Shown piece after piece: positions 51,195 through 63,582 of a stretch of DNA of 64,000 nucleotides. How positions within the stretch are numbered: the stretch's first letter is position 1; every line of letters begins with the position of its first letter. Source of the DNA: Pecten maximus (lineage: Eukaryota); contig NC_047015.1 of the NCBI RefSeq assembly GCF_902652985.1, positions 42,594,001 through 42,658,000 on the forward strand. Reading direction: 5' to 3'. The notes under the pieces were generated by a model. That model was not told where the DNA came from, did no database searches, and worked only from the letters and a program-made list of their open reading frames with translations. A program made the position numbers and the translations under genes.

Positions 51195-51530
51195 GCTGAT
51201 CTGATTACTTTGGTATACACCTGGTTTCCTTGTTGTGTGTGTTTAAAAAATGCCGTACCAGTATCTTCAAGCGCTCGAGGATCAGATTATCAAACGTTTA
51301 TACGACATAGAAGCAGTGCTCGGAGTACCTCTTCCAGTTCCTGGTCCTCAAAGCAATCTTCTGTAAGGTCTATGGCAAGTTGTGGTAGTATAACGACTTC
51401 CGATGTGAAGGGTACTCCGAGAGACACAAATCTAAGGGACAGTTTACTGAGGAAAAATTCTGGTCTCCTTGACGTCATAAGCATTCAAGCCAAATCAGCC
51501 AGGACTAATGGCCCTCGAGATGACGTGTGA
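51195..51530 (+). CDS. Same GPCR, coding exon 3 (helix 8 and Ser-rich cytoplasmic tail; 111 aa + stop)
   Basis: Acceptor ttttatcctgtttcag|GCT, phase 0. Continues FR|ADLITL, then Cys cluster FPCCVC (typical palmitoylation position), a Ser/Thr-rich tail and TGA at 51528-51530. Confidence 0.9.
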   Translation, partial: ADLITLVYTWFPCCVCLKNAVPVSSSARGSDYQTFIRHRSSARSTSSSSWSSKQSSVRSMASCGSITTSDVKGTPRDTNLRDSLLRKNSGLLDVISIQAKSARTNGPRDDV

Positions 51531-52144
51531 CCCAACGAGACGTCCATCGTTTATCAATAGGAATGCTATATTGGCCATAGCTGTGGCGGCATCAGAAATG
51601 AAACATTAATACTAGTAGGTAGTTTTGTCATTCCTCTGGGTCAAATCTGAGGTCGTGGCCACGATCCAGACCCGTTACCGTAGAGACTAGCAGAGCGATC
51701 ATAGATGTATGATGTATAGATGGCTGGCGCATAACTATCATGTCGAGAGGTCTTTGACGACACCAGATACTGGGCTGCTATATCAAAACTATTGCATACT
51801 CTTATGAAAAAAATATTAGTCTTTTACGTAATGATGATATTAGTTATTTAGTAATTAAAAATACGAATATGTGTACCTCTATTTTAGCAATATTGTTTTG
51901 ACTGTGTCCTACGAATTGCACTTATAAATGCATGATGAAATACCTGGTGTCGATTCTAGACTACATGTAACCAAACCAATCTGTAACACAGACCCAATTA
52001 CTATTTCCGTCCCCTAATTATTCATTCAGAGACCGGTCGTTACCAGATAACAAACCTTTAAATCCGAAATAAGGCAGTAAGGGTTTCAGTTAATTCGAGC
52101 TAGTTATACGTCTTTTGTTTTGGCTTTTTATTTCATATCTATGG

Positions 52145-52411
52145 TTACTGTAAATCTCTTAGCTTTCGTGAACACTCTATTTTGCGTTCTCTCCTCTTCA
52201 GACATATTGGCGAATATGTTATTCGCGGCCTTTGATCTAGATATAACTTTTATAACTTTATAACTTGCGAATGAGGAGTTATTAGAGTCATAGGCTCCTT
52301 TATCGGTATAATCAAAAAATGTTTTATATTCATATAAATAATCGCGATTGACTCTCCTCGCGTATTAAAACGATAACAAGTCAAACGCAAGATATGACTG
52401 ATTTACAGTAA
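52145..52411. mobile_element. MITE (Tc1/mariner-type, TA target) just downstream of the GPCR stop
   Basis: Perfect 12-bp terminal inverted repeat TTACTGTAAATC / GATTTACAGTAA including the flanking TA; no ORF. Confidence 0.7.
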
Positions 52412-52943
52412 TTAATTACGTATCTGCAGATTTAAATTTTAATGAATACATATCAAAGGCGCCAAACACCCGGTTGTCGTATACCATATATTATTGCTCG
52501 GAAATCTCCCTTCACATGTTATATAAATCACCATTAGTCAACATCATCTGGTTGTTCAATACTTCACGGAAGCTACGCAAATACATTTATGCTCCGCATT
52601 TCAAAATTTCTTTTACGTAACTCGTGATTTTATTGTTATCGCCATCAATATTGCAAATCCGTTTCCGACTGGTATATTCTCGCAATTGCACAACGCAACA
52701 AATGTATCAGTTCTTTGGATAAAAACACAATTTTCTTCAAAATTATTCATGAAATAATCAATTATATAGAAAAAATAGCATAGAGACAACCAAGATATGT
52801 CAGTTTTAATGAATCAAAGCGTCACTTTATCCTGAGTAAAATCGAAATTTGGCGACCAGGTTTTGGCAAATTTGACAAATGATAGAAGGCGTATAACGTT
52901 ATCTTTTATCGTGTTTTAAATAACAACATATGGCAACCGCAAT

Positions 52944-53765
52944 GGTAATGCATCAAGGTATTGTATCCTGATATTATATCCAGGTACTGTAACCAGGAAA
53001 TGTATCCAGATACTGTACCAAAGTACTGTATCCAGGCACTTATCCAGGTAATGTATCCAGGTACTGTATCAAAGAAATGTATCGAGATACTGATTAAAGT
53101 AATGTATCCAGGTACTTTATCAAAGTAGTGTATCCATGTTCTGTATCAAGGAAATGCAAATATGTATAGTATTAAGGTAACTTATCCAGGTACTGTATCA
53201 AGTTATGTATCCAGGTACTGATTCAAAATATTTTATCCAGATACTGTATCAAGTTATGTATCCAGGTACTTATCCAGGTAATGTATCCAGGTATTGTATC
53301 ATGGAAATGTCTCTAGGTATATTATCAATGTAACGTATCCAGGTACTGTGCCAAGGTAATGTATCCAGGTACTGTATCAAGATGATGTAGCAAGCAATGT
53401 GTCCAGGTACTGTATAAAACGATTTATCCAGGTACTGTATCAAGGTAATGTATCTAGGTATGGTATCAAGATAATTTATCCATGTACTGTATCAAGGAAG
53501 TGTATCCAAGTACTGTATCAAGTTAATGTATCCAGATTATGTATCCAGATAATGTATCAATGTTCTGTATCCGGGTAAAGAATTTTGGCCATGTATCTAG
53601 ATATTGCATCAAGGTACATGTAATATATCAAGGTACTGTATCCACGTAATGTATCCAGGTAATGAAACAATGTAATCCAGGTAGGGTAATGTATCCCAGT
53701 ACTTTATCCAGCTATGTATCTTTCATGTAGAATATCAAGGCTATGTATCCAAATACTGTATCCAG
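52944..53765. repeat. 13-bp minisatellite organised as 26-bp dimers (atgtatccaggta-ctgtatcaaggta)n
   Basis: Directly visible alternation of ...tatccaggta and ...tatcaaggta units. Confidence 0.94.
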
Positions 53766-53849
53766 AAGCTCATATGTGAAATAATGAATTAAACTGCAGT
53801 ACATGACCTTTTAGGACTATTTACTGGATATAAGAGCCGAAAGCGTGTA

Positions 53850-54010
53850 ATCAGTTTGGTTTTTATATAAGATGAACTAAGTAGGGCATGTAATCCTGTT
53901 CTTATGATACTTTGTAATGCTCGTTTTCTATGTTTAGTGTCCTTGTACTTATTTGAGTTGGCAACAAAAGCTAGGTCATCACTATCAATGTCAACCTGGA
54001 ACCCTATGTA
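53850..54010 (-). mobile_element. Possible decayed LINE (RTE-like) reverse-transcriptase fragment
   Basis: ORF 53789-54031 reads VDIDSDDLAFVANS...LQ...GL......KTK, echoing the DLDFADDLALLS...GL.IN..KTK segment of RTE-clade RTs. Confidence 0.35.
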
Positions 54011-54526
54011 GACAGCATTCATCGGTTTCACGTTTTTATTACACTACATTTGGTCCCATACTCAAATCAAATTATCAATATTTATTTTTCATGAATACAC
54101 TATTATAATATATTCGTTCTAGAGAGGTTATTTGGGTAAAATACTCACCAAGATTAGTCATATTGTCATTTATTAAACTTGACAAAACAATGTATTGCCT
54201 GTGCGATTTGGTTTTCGAAAGCACTCTCCTTTATTAAAAATATATATCTTTTGCAAACGTTCAGACGCACGTGGTGCTTATGTTTAAGGTTCAATATCAT
54301 GGATCTTCTTTCATGAATGTCGTGATTTTGTGAAATGTGTTCAGTACAACAAACATCATACGATTTTTATCCTAGAATGAATAGATATACCAGCAGATAA
54401 ACAGTATTGTTCTAGAGAGAAAATATCAGAATTTGTTGTTTTTCCTCCATTTTAAAATATTTCATGTCATTGTTATTGTCCATAACATTTTTTCAAAATT
54501 CAATATTCAAAATGTTGTATAAAACT

Positions 54527-54532
54527 AATAAA
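54527..54532 (+). terminator. Candidate polyadenylation signal of the GPCR mRNA
   Basis: First canonical AATAAA I could find after the stop codon, followed by T-rich sequence. Earlier ATTAAA variants exist (e.g. ~51854). Confidence 0.3.
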
Positions 54533-55602
54533 GCTTTTTTGACATGTAGTTATTCGAGCGCATCAAATTCATAACTATGTTTAGATTAAACATACATACC
54601 TACAGGTAATGTCCTGACGTTGTCTGTATTACATTCTGTGAGAGATAATCTGTGATTGATGGACACAGTGTCCTTTCCTCTTTGTTTGATTGATACGTTA
54701 CATGTATATGCATTTTGAAACAAAACAAGCATCCCGTATCTAAAAGACTTATAATAAAATGCGATTGATAAGTAAGTATTCAACATGGTATTAGCGTTAA
54801 CAATTTATATATGATATTTACGTCATTTACAAATGACTATTACAAATATTGAAATGGACATTTTGTAAAAACATTATGTCTATATATATGTGTGGGTAAT
54901 AATAATAGGTATATCACCTCTAATGGAAAGAATGTGATTATCATGTCAAAGAGAAGAAAAATGACGTAGCAAGAATTGTCGCTACGTCACTAGAATAGTA
55001 GTCATGTGGGTATTCAATAACAGTGACGTAGCAAGAATTGTTACTTCACGAGAATAGTGTTCATATGACGTACATGTACTAACTGTTTAAACTTACTACC
55101 GACAAACGTTACCCTTGATTATGCATTTAGAACAAAAATAATTTACTGACCGTGATCTACGCATATATATGGTGATGCCACTGAATCAATACACTTCTCT
55201 CCTTCCAGGAACATATTTTCATTTTTGTTATTCGTTTTTAAATTTTACAACACATCGGGAACTTATGGCCTGATTTTACTTCCCTGTATTTTGTGTTTCA
55301 GTGTTAATAACTATATTTGTTATATCTTTTGTTATCTCGTTAACAAATATTATCATTTCGATTTACACTTCATGAATCAAACTTTCGATTTAAATAGTAA
55401 CGAATGCCAATACAGCTAATAAATGAAAGTGACATGTAAATCAAACAACACTGACACAATCTTGGCGTTGAGGTAAGATTAGTACAATTTATATACAAAC
55501 ACTACTCTATGGTGCTGTTTTGGATATCCGTATTATACATTGCTCATGCCTTCATTTATACTTCAGGAATCTCTTTTTAATGTTATATTTATTGATTCCC
55601 AA

Positions 55603-56330
55603 TTTCCTGTTGTTATCTCGCCCATATTTATGTTTTATGATGAGTTGTTGTTATCTCCCTTTTTGATGTTTTATGATGAGTTGTTGTTATTATCTCCCCC
55701 TTCTTTTAATGTTTTATAATGAATTGTTGTTGTTTTCTCGATTTTGTTTTTTGTTTTATGATGAGTTGTTGTTTGTAATCTCTCCATTATTTTGATTATT
55801 TATGATGAGTTGTTGTTTATTATCTCCTCTTTTGTCATTTCATGATAAGTTTCTGCTGTTATTTCCCCCCTTTTTGATGCTTATGAGTTCCTGTTGTTAT
55901 CTGCCCTTTTTTCCTGTTTTCTAATGAGTTCATGTTGTTATCTGCCCCTTTTGTTCCTGTTTTCTAATAAGTTCATGTTGTTATCTGCCCCTTTTGTTCC
56001 TGTTTTCTAATGAGTTCATGTTGTTATCTGCCCCTTTTGTTCCTGTTTTCTAATAAGTTCATGTTGTTATCTGCCCCTTTTTTCCTGTTTTCTAATGAGT
56101 TCATGTTGTTATCTGCCCCTTTTTTCCTGTTTTCTGATGAGTTTATGTTGTTATCTGTCCCTTTTTTCCTGTTTTCTGTTCAGTTTCTGTTGTTATCTGC
56201 CCTTTTTTTTCCTGTTTTCTGATGAGTTCATGTTGTTATCTGCCCCCTTTTTTCATGTCATATGATGAGGTCTCGTAACTATCTCCAAATTTGTGTTGCT
56301 TTATGATTAGTTCCTTTTGTTGCTTCGCCT
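55603..56330. repeat. T-rich minisatellite, 42-43-bp unit (gagttcatgttgttatctgccccttttgttcctgttttctaat)
   Basis: Near-identical copies at 55885-56255; shorter, diverged copies on both sides. Confidence 0.94.
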
Positions 56331-56466
56331 TTTGATTTCAATGTATCCTATTTTCCTGTGTTTTGTCCTGAGTAGACGTTTAAGCCTCGATCTATGGTGT
56401 ATCTCCTTTTATGTTGACTTTGTATCCCTTACTATCACAATAAAAATGGTATGGTTATTAATGATA

Positions 56467-56530
56467 TGACGAGTGCCGTCGATGAAGCTGAAAACTTTTT
56501 CTCCTCTGAAACACCTGGCATTACTCTCTT
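56467..56530 (+). repeat. Diverged copy of the dispersed Penelope-end-like motif
   Basis: tgacgagtgccgtcgatgaagctgaaaac...cctctgaaacacctggc aligns with 47120-47175. Confidence 0.4.
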
Positions 56531-57507
56531 TGTAGTTTTTTTCAAAGTCATCGATGTAAATATATATTTTGTTATTAATTTCCATGAGTTATAATAGTTG
56601 GAGATCATGGTGATATTTTCTTGTTGATATTAATTATATCAAATGTACGCAAGCGAATCGTAGATAATTTAATAGGCATGCGGCGCAAACAAACGTGGTT
56701 AACGCAATGGCAATCATGCAAAAGTGTGTTTGAAATCAACATCGTTATAACCTTACAACATTCCGCATAAGATATTCTTAATGGAACAACAATAATGACC
56801 AGTAGTTATGAAATAAAGTAATACATAGTAATGTTATTACTCAGAAATATACAGGTAAAGTATACTTGAGAACAATACCGCCTGGATTCCCCGACCACCC
56901 TGCTGGTGTACTTCTGAGGGGAGAAAGACATACAGCGATGTGTATCTCAATTATATCGTTTTACCGGGTTTTTACTTACGTTATTTCCCCTCAGTGTTTC
57001 CCGGTAGTTAATTACTAAAGTAATATAACAATGTCAGTATTCCCCTTTCGTCATAACAGGCAATTTAACAAGACATTAACCTTTTATTTCTTCAGAGACT
57101 TTAAATTTCTATCTTTAACGTTGTTGTAGCTACCTTTTATCATGTTAGAATTCGAAGGTTGTTTCTTCTACCATGCGGATAAGTCTTTGATGTTGGTATC
57201 AAATACATACGCCAGGGGGTTTTGTAGGGGTTGCTGAGTTACATGTAGTCTCTGTCTACTTCATGGTATCTAACATGCCACAGGATGTAAAATAAGTTGG
57301 ACTTATTGGCTATTTATCTAATATTGGATGCTCAAAAGAGATAAACAGAGAATTACCAAATCTAGGTCAAACATATAATAGGGTAAGTATCGGCAGTCCA
57401 TCAACTGTCAACTCGGCCTTTCATTAGAGTAGCCAAGTCGACTTCTTTGGAAATAAAGATACTTTGCTTGAACACAATCACTGAAAGCTTGTCGACGAAT
57501 ACAACCT

Positions 57508-57615
57508 TCTCGTACACACTTATTGTTATTATCTCGTACACACTTATTGTTACCATCTCGTACACACTTATTGTTACCATATATACAGTTATTGTTACCA
57601 TCTCGTACACACTTA
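57508..57615. repeat. 24-bp tandem repeat (tctcgtacacacttattgttacca) x~4.5
   Basis: Directly visible. Confidence 0.92.
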
Positions 57616-57894
57616 CTACCTTAGTGTAATACGCCGCTATAATAGAGGATAACAGATTTGTTATCGAAACGTCACTAGCAATAACTTTATTGGTTGTGTA
57701 AGATAGCCTTTTACATTGTTAATCTTTTTTTTTGAAACTGTCTTTCTGCCTTTTACGAACAATAACTTCATTTAAGTTTAAAATAAAACAAATTAATAGA
57801 ACAAAGGAGCAGGAGATCAAAAAAATATCATTGCACTGTCTCGGTATGACAGTAAAAGTAAACAACTAAACATAATACCTCAAGTGAGTGCCAT

Positions 57895-58060
57895 ACATAT
57901 ATAATCCAAATTAGTTAAATACGTATATAATCCAAATGAGTTCCATAGATTTATAATCCAAATGAGTCCAATAAGTATATAATCCAAATGAGTTCAATAG
58001 CTATAAAGTCTAAATAAACTCAATGTGTATATAGTTCAATTAGATTGTATATAATCCATT
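57895..58060. repeat. ~26-bp degenerate tandem repeat (tataatccaaatgagttcaata...) x~6
   Basis: Recurring tataatccaaatgagt. Confidence 0.85.
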
Positions 58061-60583
58061 GATTTGACGTGCATCTGCAATAAAACATACATCTGGATAA
58101 ATACGCTAAATTCAATCGATTACGTAAACGTTTACAGTATAATGGAAACATTAGTTTTAAAGACTCAACGACATGAAACAGTAAATGAGGGGACGTTGTC
58201 GTTATACAATTAGAGAAAAGGCTCAGATGATTCTGGGTTGGAAGTACATTTTACAATGAAGTATTCGGCATATTCGTGTTTATACGGCCGCTTTTGTTTC
58301 TGAAGATTTTCTTTTTGAAGTTCACGACAATAATGTATATTTGGTTTCAAATATAATATAAGGTGGTACCTATTATTTAGCAGTATTTATATATCCTGAA
58401 CATCAATGCTAATTTACAGATATAGACGACATAATCTGTAACATAGCATTGTACAAAAGATATAAAAAGACATTTAAGTAGGTCATTTCAATAAAAATGA
58501 GAGTTGGATACACTAGAGCAGGCAAATGAACGTACAAAAGGCACCGTGAAAACGTATGTCTGTCCTGATACGATAGCTCAGTTAAAGTGTTTCGTATGTA
58601 TTTAACCTGTAGCCGTGTACTGATTGATAAGGAAGGAACTAGAGCATAACATAAGTGGAGGGTTGTTTGTGAAATCATTGGCTTTCCAAAATCAGACTTC
58701 ACTTAATTACATGATAGGAATTCTAACGGATCACCAGAACGAGATGTAATGACGTTTGGCACATTGGTTACGTATCCTAGATTCTCAATAGGTCATTCTG
58801 ACTGTGTAGTTATACCTTCAAACAACTTCTTTCACAGATCTCGTAAATTATTTACGTAAAACATTTGTTGATGAGTAAAAACAGAACAGTAAATCTTGAA
58901 AAAAGAAAATAAGCAATTTGTATTTTCTTCAAGTGCCGTTTAAGAAAAGCACAAAAAAATGTCTGCATCTGTTTCACAATAAATTTTCTTTTCCTTTCTT
59001 ATATCACAAAAACAACAAAAACAGATATTACACCTGTCAAAAATGTTGAAGGATATGTTACAAGTTGAGTATCTTGTACAGTTTCAAAAAGGATAGAAAT
59101 GTAATTGGTATCTTTAACTCTGAGTAAAATGAATCGCACACAGACGAATAGAAAATAACGTTGTGGGATTTAGATTATGTTAATAAATATTCAAAATATG
59201 CTATCTACTTGTACTTATCAAAGGCACACACACAAGATAGCATAGTCATTAATACATGTCCATCTTCAGGTGAAATAATATACAAGTATGACTTGCACTA
59301 AATGCGCCCAAGTTATCATCTGCAAACATAGTATATATCGTTATCATATTGTAGCCTGCTAATGACGTAGATATGTTATTGGTATTGAATTGGTAATAAC
59401 ACAGACACCAATAGTTCATCCATATTATGTTGCATTCAGACCATGGCGGAAGAGATAATGGATTCCAATATTTCTAGGATACCATGTTGCTGCATTAGTA
59501 CAACATTACTCCAATGTACTAATCCAATATGCGTGTGTACTTTCAATGTGTGAATCTGACACTGAACGGACAGAGCAATTATCCAGAACATTTTCTTGTC
59601 AGTAACATGATTGTTATTTATCGCAATACGCAGCGCACAGAGCTGTTAATAACAACGCATTAACCCATCGGTGTATGGCCACGGACATAGTAAGATAATC
59701 TACAAACGTGCAACGATATAGCTGCATAAGTAGAGGTACCCGATACAGTAGCAGACATTTCTCTTTCAATACACTGACGCGGGATTCCTGAATTATTCAT
59801 ATTTTACTATGTTACTGGTTGTTCGGACTTTGAATTTAAATAGCGTCTAACCATAACAATTCTGTTTACATTTCCTCACGACTTCTGTTTTGGCAGACAT
59901 TTGTTGATCGAACGACCGAAACATTTACACAAATTTAAATAAATATCCATACACCGTGTCAAATAAAAGAAAATTGTGTGTTTTTCAAGTTAGGGTGTTA
60001 TGCTATTTGATTGAATAATTATTATTGACAGATGTTCCGGCTATTGCCGCTCTGATATATAAATATAACATCAAGATGTAATGTTGACGTTACTGAAGCA
60101 TCATTTCCTTGGTTGTTTAAATAGTAGATTTGTTTAATTACAGATTCAATGTTTGGGACGTTCACTTAGTGATAAATCCTATCTACTGACGTTTGAACCT
60201 ATCAGGTTGAGTTAAAGAAATATCATACTTGATATACCCCCTGAGCTCATGGTGGTTCTTTATTCGAAACAACTTTGGAGTTAATGTTGTGCCATACTCA
60301 AAATCGATAGATCAAGTGACTTAAGGTATAACAATAAAAACACAAGATATTGACACCATTAAAAACGAATAAATTAAGTAGAGCAAAGACGAATTAAAAA
60401 CTGAAATGAATTATATGTACGTTTTAAGCAGAACCCTTAATCTTTCCCATTGTCGTTTATTGGAGATGTTTTTACACGTACAATGTACCTAGTAAACCAA
60501 TGTAGACAAAAATGGAATTCTATCTTCTAGTGAAATACAAACAGAAGACATACTGATAAGGATGCCATGTACCACAATACACA

Positions 60584-60840
60584 GGGAAGAACACTAGATG
60601 TCTCGGAAGGGTAAGCGTCTTCTGCGTTTTGAACGATATGGACAATGCTAATCTAGGTTAGACTCGGGTAATGCTACTTTATATAACGATTACTGTGATA
60701 GAGACAACAGATCCAACAGGTATACTAACGAGAAATGTTATGTGACAACCAACAGGTATGTTAAGAAGCGATACACACTCCAACTTCCATATTCCATGTA
60801 AGATCACTCTGATAGAATGTTGGCATAGTCTTGACCATCG
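60584..60840 (-). mobile_element. 3'-end fragment of the same Penelope-like-derived repeat
   Basis: Reverse complement contains ttacccgagtctaacctagatt...gcagaagacgcttacccttccgagacatctag, paralleling 47095-47175. Confidence 0.5.
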
Positions 60841-60921
60841 AACATCTCTAGCAGTTGAATGTAAGAGTGTTCCGTTAATAGTCGACTTTCATCACGGGGG
60901 TTGTCATATTAGGAACAAACC

Positions 60922-61205
60922 TTTTTTATTTGTTGGGTTTATCGCCCCTTGGCCAGGCAGGGTCATTTTGAGACGAGGTCTCCTGGTAAAAGTCGGATTT
61001 TATCGCACAGAACAATATACGAGATGCAGGTTGTATGCAATCAAGAGCAATTAGAGTAAAGTGTTTTCACTACAGCACAGACAAGCCCGTTTCGCAGCTC
61101 CTTCAAAACATGAACCGACAAGGTTAGGGAGCGTCGATCCACGCATGTCCGATACACCTGCCATTACGTGGTTGGCGCTCTAACTGACTGAGCTATCGCA
61201 GTCTC
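60922..61205 (-). mobile_element. tRNA-derived SINE, older, with a CORE-like central segment
   Basis: Reverse complement begins gcgaTAGCTCAGTCAGTTAGAGCG (A box), has a degenerate B box ggatcgacgc and a central cactttactctaattgctc, and ends aaatgaccctg...ggcgataaacccaacaaataa. Confidence 0.7.
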
Positions 61206-62238
61206 TCTTCAATTTTGGAATGCTGCTACCTAGAAATGGAAACTTTATAACAAACTCATACAGCTAAGTGGTGAACTGTCCGTGTTGGTAGTTTGTCGGG
61301 GAAAGAGACTAGTGTGGACAATTATTAAGTTATTTAGGGTATATCTAATCGACATCGACAATAATGTTTTGTTCTTCAAACAAAGCACACTATCAATACA
61401 TCTAAAGGGAAAAAAATGGCAAGTCATTTATGACATATTCTGATGGGCTCTTCGATTCATTCTGTTTTGAATGATAAGACAGCCTGTTTCTATAGATACA
61501 AAGAAAGGATCGAATAAATAAATATTATATATATGTTTGTAATTTCTATCCATTATGTAAAGCACGCTCTGGCAATATTTTCACATCACGTTATCGTAAA
61601 CAAAAATGGAATGTAATAATCCAATCTCTATCTTATGAATATTATCAAACCTAGTAATCTGGTCTGGTTTGCTCTGGAGATCACGCACCATATATGTGGG
61701 TATTCTATCTCAGATCCTAACTGGGAGATCTTGCGTGACAAATGTTGTTTTTTTTTTTTTTGCTTTTTTTCGTTTTTCTTTTTCGTTTTTTTTAAACTCT
61801 TATAATGATTTATCTTTAGCAAGATTAGAAAAAGGCCAGTTTGTTATAAGGTCTTTGCGCAACCTATTCTGACACACCAACCTGTCTTTGTTAAATTCTA
61901 CGTACGTATTAACCCTTAAGGGCGTTCCTTGACTTGATAAAAAAAATGAATAACTCTTTGTAGGCGAACAAGATTATAACATACATAGTACATAGTAAGG
62001 CTACACAGTAACGGAGTTATCACAACTAACACAAACAATCTCTTTTTCAATTATTATTTTCTACTTGTGGTTTTTGCTGATTCCATAATTTATTTTCCGT
62101 GCATTTTAATCCAGTTGTATATTTTTTATGATTGGATGACGCTCGGGTATTTTAAGGTATGTTTTATTTTCGTTTAAATTGTAATTATACGATTTCAATC
62201 AACATTTGCTTGTGTGTAGATTTACGATTTTTAAATAA

Positions 62239-62434
62239 TACTGAATATATTACGGTTGTCTTCGTCGATTGTAGTTCGTGGGTATTAAATCTCGCCCAAT
62301 ATTACATAAAATATGTATATATTACGAATTAATGTTCCGTGGTGTGAATATACATCAGGGATATTGATTTATTTTTGCGCTTTAACTTACGACCGCGAAC
62401 TCAACCCTTCGTAAGTATTACCAAGAATACAGTA
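62239..62434. mobile_element. Possible degenerate MITE related to 52145-52411
   Basis: TACTG... / ...ATACAGTA ends, similar size and CG-dotted subterminal sequence; the TIR is imperfect. Confidence 0.3.
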
Positions 62435-63384
62435 ATACAATACTTACCTTTTAGACTGGTGAGGTTTGATCAAATACGACAATTAACATCGATCACGGTT
62501 TCTCCACTTAGCATGAGTCATCACTTAGATGGAAGAGGAGTGTCAACGTCCTTTTATCCCATACACAAACACACTGTTACTACCATACCTATTCCATATA
62601 TATCTGGACAGTTCTTGTAAGGTAGTCAAGACCTAGTTTTATAATTTCGTCGATTTGCCATGGCAACAAAATCTGACTTTATCTTGTAACGTTGTTCCAT
62701 AGAATATTACTACTTAAGGGACGATTACAATCCTCACAACAATGGAGTTTCCATCGTTAGCTGTTTATATGGTTTAGGGCTTGGTTTATCAGTAAAGCTA
62801 TTTCCTCTCTGGCAGACATATTCCACACGTCTTAAAATGTAAAAATGCCAATTTAGCAATAAACAATTGTGTAAAACATTATCTACGAATGTAACACTGG
62901 TGAAAGCGTTAACCAATCTACCGGACATGCTAATGGAAATTCAAAAGTAAACTAAGCATGCATGCCATTTAGTTAGTAGATACCTATGCTAATCAAAAGT
63001 TGTGTACGTATTGTCTATCGTAATGATCATCTTTCAGTTGACGAATGCTATTGTTTATTTCAATCATTGGACAAGTATAATTCAGAAAAAATCGAATGGA
63101 TAGTTTATTTGTGGGTAGTCAATCTTATGTTCCTTATATAGCATCATTTATGAATACACAATTTATTAGCATCTCTCAAAACAGCTTATTTTATATGAAT
63201 TCTCGTTTTTATTTCTATGTATCTAATGCACTAGAGATAACATATAATGTACTAGAGAGTAAAGGTACTCCAATGCATAGGCCTATATCATACAACAGCG
63301 GTAAAACATAATTCAATTGTAGAAAAAGGTAGAGATTAAAATCACAGCAGTAATAAAATAAAATATTACAATATAGATTAACCA

Positions 63385-63582
63385 TACAGTCAGCCTTCAT
63401 TATCACGAACGATAATTCGAAGGTCATTCTTCACGCAAAGTAAACATTAAGATCCAACAGAATTAAAACGAATTATATACATTTATGTTCATGTAATATA
63501 CTCTTGGTTTTCTCAAATACTCGAGCTATCTCGACGTTTTTTTTATGATTCCTTTGACTTTGAGATAATGACAGTTCATGTA
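63385..63582. mobile_element. Degenerate pogo/Tigger-like MITE
   Basis: Left end TACAGTCAGCCTTCATTATCACGAA vs reverse complement of right end TACATGAACTGTCATTATCTCAAA; TA flanks. Confidence 0.45.

Noticed and set aside
55603-56330. CRISPR-like appearance of regularly spaced repeats (also 13000-13217 and 57508-57615)
   Set aside because: Units are contiguous tandem copies with no unique spacers, there are no cas genes, and the context is a spliced eukaryotic locus.
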